Origin: Eledone cirrhosa
Taxonomy: Eukaryota
Assembly (NCBI GenBank): GCA_964016885.1
Contig: CAXHJY010001762.1
Coordinates: 1 to 15,852 of the forward strand
Direction: 5' to 3'
DNA length: 15,852 nucleotides
Numbering within the stretch: position 1 is the stretch's first letter; the number at the start of each line of letters is the position of its first letter. The translations under genes were made by a program, and so were the position numbers. Positions 10,789 through 15,852 of the stretch are shown here, piece after piece. A model generated the notes under the pieces. That model did not search any database and was not told the DNA's origin. It worked only from the letters and a program-made list of their open reading frames with translations.

Positions 10789-10890
10789 TTCTACCTGGAG
10801 TTGCGACCGATAGATAGTATTAGCAATTGGAAAGACCAACGGAAACATAGTTTTCTCGGTCCGATTTGACGAAAGTCGATCGACTAGAAT

Positions 10891-11200
10891 ACATATATAT
10901 ATATATACGTATATATATATATATATACGTATATATATATATATATACGTATATATATATATATATACGTATATATAGAATATATATATATATTTATATA
11001 TATACGTTATATATATATATATATATACGTATATATAACGTATATATATATATATATATATATACGTATATATATATACGTATATATATTATATATATAC
11101 GTATATATATATATATATATACGTATATATATATATATATATATATATACGTATATATATATATATATATATACGTATATATATATATATATATATATAC

Positions 11201-11240
<40 letters not shown>

Positions 11241-11335
11241 TATATACGTATATATATATACGTATATATATATATATATATATATACGTATATATATATA
11301 TATATATATATACGTATATATATATATATATATAC

Positions 11336-11367
<32 letters not shown>

Positions 11368-11389
11368 GTATATATATATATATATATAC

Positions 11390-11423
<34 letters not shown>

Positions 11424-11487
11424 GTATATATATATATATATATATATATACGTATATATATATATATATATATATATATACGTATAT
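10891..11487. repeat. (TA)n array punctuated by CG
   Basis: Continuation of the 9608-10667 array. Confidence 0.98.
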
Positions 11488-11803
11488 GTGTGTGTATATC
11501 ACAATGTGTGTGTATATCACAATGGACAATGACATAAAAAGATTAACTCTATATTAGGTAAGATGTACTTTTAGTGTGAAACAATTCATTTGTATTAATT
11601 TAGACGACATATTAGTCTCAGTGTAGTTGTCATTTTAACCTATTATATGTTTAGTCTGATAAATTTCTTTTTCTCCTTCTGTCCTTAACGCCTTGTAACA
11701 TGTGAAAGTATGTCACAACAGTTCGTTTGTTATCCACTTCAGTGTACTGTCGTTCCTAACTATCTATATACATACATACATACACACACGCACACACAAC
11801 ACA

Positions 11804-11844
<41 letters not shown>

Positions 11845-11847
11845 CTC

Positions 11848-12519
11848 TAGGGATCCTGCAAAAAAGATCTGTCCGAGGTGCGTGCGAGACGGAGAAACCG
11901 TCGCGCACGCATTCATACACTGCCCGGGCGTCACTGACCTGTGGGGCTATGTAGAACGACTATTGTCGCGGTGGGACCAATCCGGTTGACCACCGAGTCT
12001 ATTGTCATGATCAAACCGCACCCTCCTTCAAAAACGAAGGAGAGGCGGTTTTCGTTTGTGTGATAGCTCTGGCGAAAGAGGTTGTATGGTGGACAAGGTT
12101 GAAAGGGCTGAGGTCAGACACCTTTCTCTCCGGCCAACAACTGATTCTTTTTTTCAATACCACTTTGGAAGAAGAGTCAGGATGGAGAGAGAGGTGCTGT
12201 ACTCCAGCAAGTTTTATGAAAGGTGGGTGAAAGTGGCGAGAATGGCCCGAGTGAATGGGCCTTCTCTCTATATCAGCCTGTAGGTTGAGGAAAAGGAGGA
12301 GGAGAGGAAAGGAGTACAAACTCTTCGTACTCCTGGAGATGAGGGTTTCACATTTTTTCGGGGGTATGTGTTACCCATATGAACTGTCTCCCCCTATTGG
12401 GGAAATCGACTAATTTTTTAAATTGCATTTGTGATAACATTTTACACGTTTTTATTGTATGTAAACTTCCCCCTTTGTATTGTCCCCTTCTTTTGTGCCC
12501 CTGTGGCTAATAAAGAAAT
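11848..12519 (+). mobile_element. 5'-truncated Tx1/L1-clade retrotransposon 3' end
   Basis: CPRC-x7-H-x4-C zinc knuckle followed by LW (ICPRCVRDGETVAHAFIHCPGVTDLW). Frameshifted continuation IALAKEVVWWTRLK...FYERW...ISL* (stop 12281-83). The 3' UTR has AATAAA at 12509-14, and (ATCT)n lies on both sides. Confidence 0.8.
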
Positions 12520-12581
12520 ATATCTATCTATCTATCTATCTAACTACCCCCCCCCACACACACATATATATATATATATAC

Positions 12582-12790
12582 AGAAGTATGGGTTAGGAAT
12601 GTGAGGCTGTGTGGTTACTGAAAACGAAGTGTTAGAAGGTTAGGCGACACAAACAAGAGATGAAAAGTTTCCCTTCGTCAGCTGTTACTACGGATCTTGG
12701 ATGTTTCGGCGCATTATAAGCAGAACATCGATCCCTAGCGCGTCCATAGCCTTTTATCTATCATTTTATCTATACATTTAAATTTAATGG
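12582..12790 (-). mobile_element. Degenerate island with two HHR-like half motifs
   Basis: Minus strand: GCC-GAAA-C...GATCCG-TA-GTAAC, then AG-CTGACGA-AGG. Same order as in 15116-15293. Boundaries are approximate. Confidence 0.3.
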
Positions 12791-13510
12791 TTCGCCACTG
12801 GATAGAACTGGTCATTCTGTATAGTTAAACAAGATATAATTTTAGGAAAAGCACCCATCCATCGTTGATGGAGTTAATTATATATATATCCGTTTTTCCG
12901 TTGTCTACGCCCACGAGTTTTTAAATCAATTTTATATGATCTTTGCCATGCAGAACCCCCCCCCCCCCCACACACACACACGTATCGTACAGTCGATGAT
13001 TATTTACTTTTGAAGCTGATGCTAGTCTGGTGTTTCTAACACAGGATGGAATTTTAGGTTGTAAGTACTGTAATAATCTATGATCAATTCCTTTTGTATA
13101 ACTACAAAATTCCTTTAGAAATGTGTGACTCTACTCCAGAGATAGAAATGATCATAAATATTATGAAGATCTCATATAACAGATCATGATGTCAATGAAT
13201 GTCCTCAACATCATTCAAATGTTTATTAAGTTGAACTGTGACCCGAGGCATATTTGGAGAGTTTTCTTCCTAAGGATTCCTGTCAGCCAGGAAATATGTT
13301 TACGTAGATATTATTGTCTCTATGTTAAATGGTGGCCGTCTATTGCACTTGAGGCTTTCTCTAATACAAAGCCACGCTTTAAATATCTATCGATATGAGT
13401 AGTCTTTGATATACATACACAAGTGATACGTAATGTATACATATATACGTACATACGTTCATACATACGTACATACATAAATACATACGTGCATATGTAC
13501 ATATATACAT

Positions 13511-13918
13511 GGAGGCTGCAACTCGTTTTCGAGTACGGCCACTACTTTATATCCATGTAGGAGAACCCCTACCGATGCGCTGAACGAGTGTGATTTTTTA
13601 GTCAGCCAGCGACTTAAAAACTTTGGTACAAACACTACACTTGTGACAATTATTGACACATAGTGCTGGGCCCATGGTACCATGTGACGACAAGTGCAGA
13701 GAGATCTCCAGATATAAAGCAATGCCTGTGCCGTGAAGCTTTTATAGTGAGCAAAGGCACTGCTCAAAAGACAGTCCCACTCTTTTAACCAGGATGATAT
13801 TTACCAAAAAGAAGAACAAGTCAATATCATTGGATACCATCAGGGTTGCAGGTGTTATATCAGAGTTTTCCTTCTCCTAGAATTCTGCCTTGACAAATGC
13901 TAAGGGGTCATCTCTCCC
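13511..13918 (-). mobile_element. Second copy of the non-autonomous RTE-derived element
   Basis: GGCTGCAACTCGTTTTCGAGTACGGC, GCAATGCCTGTGC, TCCCACTCT and GAGTTTTCCTTCTCCTAGAA..TGCCTTGACAAATGCTAAGGGGTC are collinear with the reverse complement of 3585-3875. Flanked by TACA-type repeats. Confidence 0.75.
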
Positions 13919-14301
13919 ATATACATATATACATATATACATATATACATATATATGTACATACGTACATATTTACATGCATACATTCATATGTATCTAT
14001 ACGCATAAATATATATGTACATACATGCCATACATACGTACATACATACATATATACCTACATATATACAAGCGTAGATACATACATGTATAATATATAT
14101 ATATATATATAATATATATATAATATATATATATATAATATATATATAATATATATATATATAATATATATATATATATTATATATATATTATATATATA
14201 TTATATATATATATATATTATATATATTATATATATATATATTATATATATATTATATATATATATATATATATTATATATATTATATATATTATATATA
14301 T

Positions 14302-14360
<59 letters not shown>

Positions 14361-14366
14361 GTATAT

Positions 14367-14402
<36 letters not shown>

Positions 14403-14459
14403 ATATTATATATATATTATAGATATATATATTATATATATATTATATATATATATATA
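13919..14459. repeat. Degenerate (TACA)n followed by interrupted (TA)n
   Basis: Direct reading. Confidence 0.95.
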
Positions 14460-14497
14460 GGAAAATGGTGAGATCCTTGGTACAGTTAGGTATAATT

Positions 14498-14626
14498 GGA
14501 AAAAATGAAAACAATGACTTCACTTTTAGTTCTAACTAATTTTATTTAGTTTTATAATATTATATTATGATAAAATTAAATCAAATTATTTAGAACTACA
14601 AGTGGAGTCATTCTTTTCCTTTTTTT

Positions 14627-14627
<1 letters not shown>
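14498..14627. repeat. ~130-bp imperfect palindrome (fold-back)
   Basis: AATGACTTCACTTTTAGTTCTAA (14513-35) versus TTAGAACTACAAGTGGAGTCATT (14590-612). Symmetry continues inward to about 14561 and outward to the A/T tracts. Confidence 0.85.
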
Positions 14628-14663
<36 letters not shown>

Positions 14664-14896
14664 TGTATTTATTTTCTTAATTTATTCTTAAATTGAGTCT
14701 GGAAAACCCTATTGTCCATAGTTAGTATTCTTTTCACCTCAGCGAATCTGGTCCCTTACGTTTTTAATAGATATATGTATATATCTGGTGTTTGTCTTTC
14801 TTTTATATTCAATTATAATATACGGCTCGGAAACATCTTTTTCCTAGAGCTATTTTATTGTGAGAGACTATTTGAGTTTCTAACTCAATATATACC

Positions 14897-15030
<134 letters not shown>

Positions 15031-15032
15031 CA

Positions 15033-15116
15033 CTTCAGAAGTGCAAGTCCCGTGAAATCATCGAGCGAATGAGCAGGTTCAACGTATAGCGCAAACTCAG
15101 TTTGTCTAGTTCGATA
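15033..15116 (+). repeat. Unclassified dispersed repeat X (second copy)
   Basis: Reverse-complement match to 7177-7255. Confidence 0.7.
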
Positions 15117-15375
15117 CAGGACTAGTTTTAGTCCTGTAGAAGTCATTTCTATATATAATAAAGATACTAATGTATGGAGTACCTTTTGTACCTGTGGTTA
15201 CCTCCCAACATAATTCTGCCCTGCCCGTCCCTGCAATCTTTCTGATTTTTCATTCTTTCTTTTGATGAAGGACTAGCGTCCGAAACGTTAGAGCCCTCTT
15301 CTTGCTATTTCAAGCATTAAACTCATATATTCCTTTTATATACTGTTCCGTTTGTGTTGTTATTTCTATTTACCT
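15116..15375 (+). mobile_element. Penelope-like/retrozyme remnant with two HHR motifs
   Basis: Stem III ACAGGACTA/TAGTCCTGT + A + GAAGTC (15116-44), and minimal HHR TTGATGA-A-GGAC-TAGC-GTCC-GAAA-CGTT-AGAG (15262-93). Confidence 0.55.
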
Positions 15376-15852
15376 TTTACATACATACATACATATATAT
15401 ATACACAAATACATATATATGTACATACACACACTTGCAAATATATTACAAGGTGTCCTCACAAAAATGTATACACATATTTATTAGAATGCTGTTGAAG
15501 TTTGTATACAATTTTGGGCGTCTCTCTGTATATATATACATAAACACACGAAAATAGTTTTGTATATTTTTAATATTGTCTACGTAGTATGTTAACAGTC
15601 ATAAAAATACAGCCACCACATTAAAACGATTACAATATATCTCTTTTACTTTTTAATGTTACCATTCCCTATTATTTTTTTTCTGTTTTATTCGATCGAT
15701 CTATTCTATTTTATTATCATCGTTTGGTTTTACAATTGAAAAACCTCATTCATCGTGTAAATATTTTGAATAGATTTACCAACAATGTCATATGTATACA
15801 AGTTTTGTTTTCACATTTATTTTTATTAAAAAAAGAAATTCTTCTTCCAAGT

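Noticed and set aside
13186-13398. Possible exon or third R4 fragment (minus-strand NDVEDIH resembles NNVEDIH)
   Set aside because: The match is too short, spacing differs, and there are no supporting motifs or clear splice context.

Overview
Eukaryotic, AT-rich, repeat-saturated non-genic DNA. The SINE families and microsatellite load resemble an octopus/cephalopod genome (inference). No intact host gene is visible, and nearly all short ORFs are translations of microsatellites. Main contents: (1) a decayed, 5'-truncated R4/Dong-type non-LTR retrotransposon with RT, CCHC and PD-(D/E)xK endonuclease on the minus strand (1-3236), plus a second, internally deleted copy on the plus strand (5403-6342); (2) two copies of a non-autonomous RTE-like element, one preceded by an HDV-ribozyme-like motif; (3) tRNA-derived SINEs of Meta-core and CORE-like type; (4) the 3' end of a Tx1/L1 element inside (ATCT)n; (5) a higher-order ~65-bp satellite, a minisatellite and very long (TA)n arrays. 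The most notable unexplained signal is a set of about seven hammerhead-ribozyme (HHR) motifs in short non-coding islands between microsatellites. One is nearly intact, with a compensatory U3-A8 core and a palindromic stem III (6479-6568, minus). This suggests Penelope-like pLTR or retrozyme-type elements associated with simple repeats. All structures were read by eye and none is verified.
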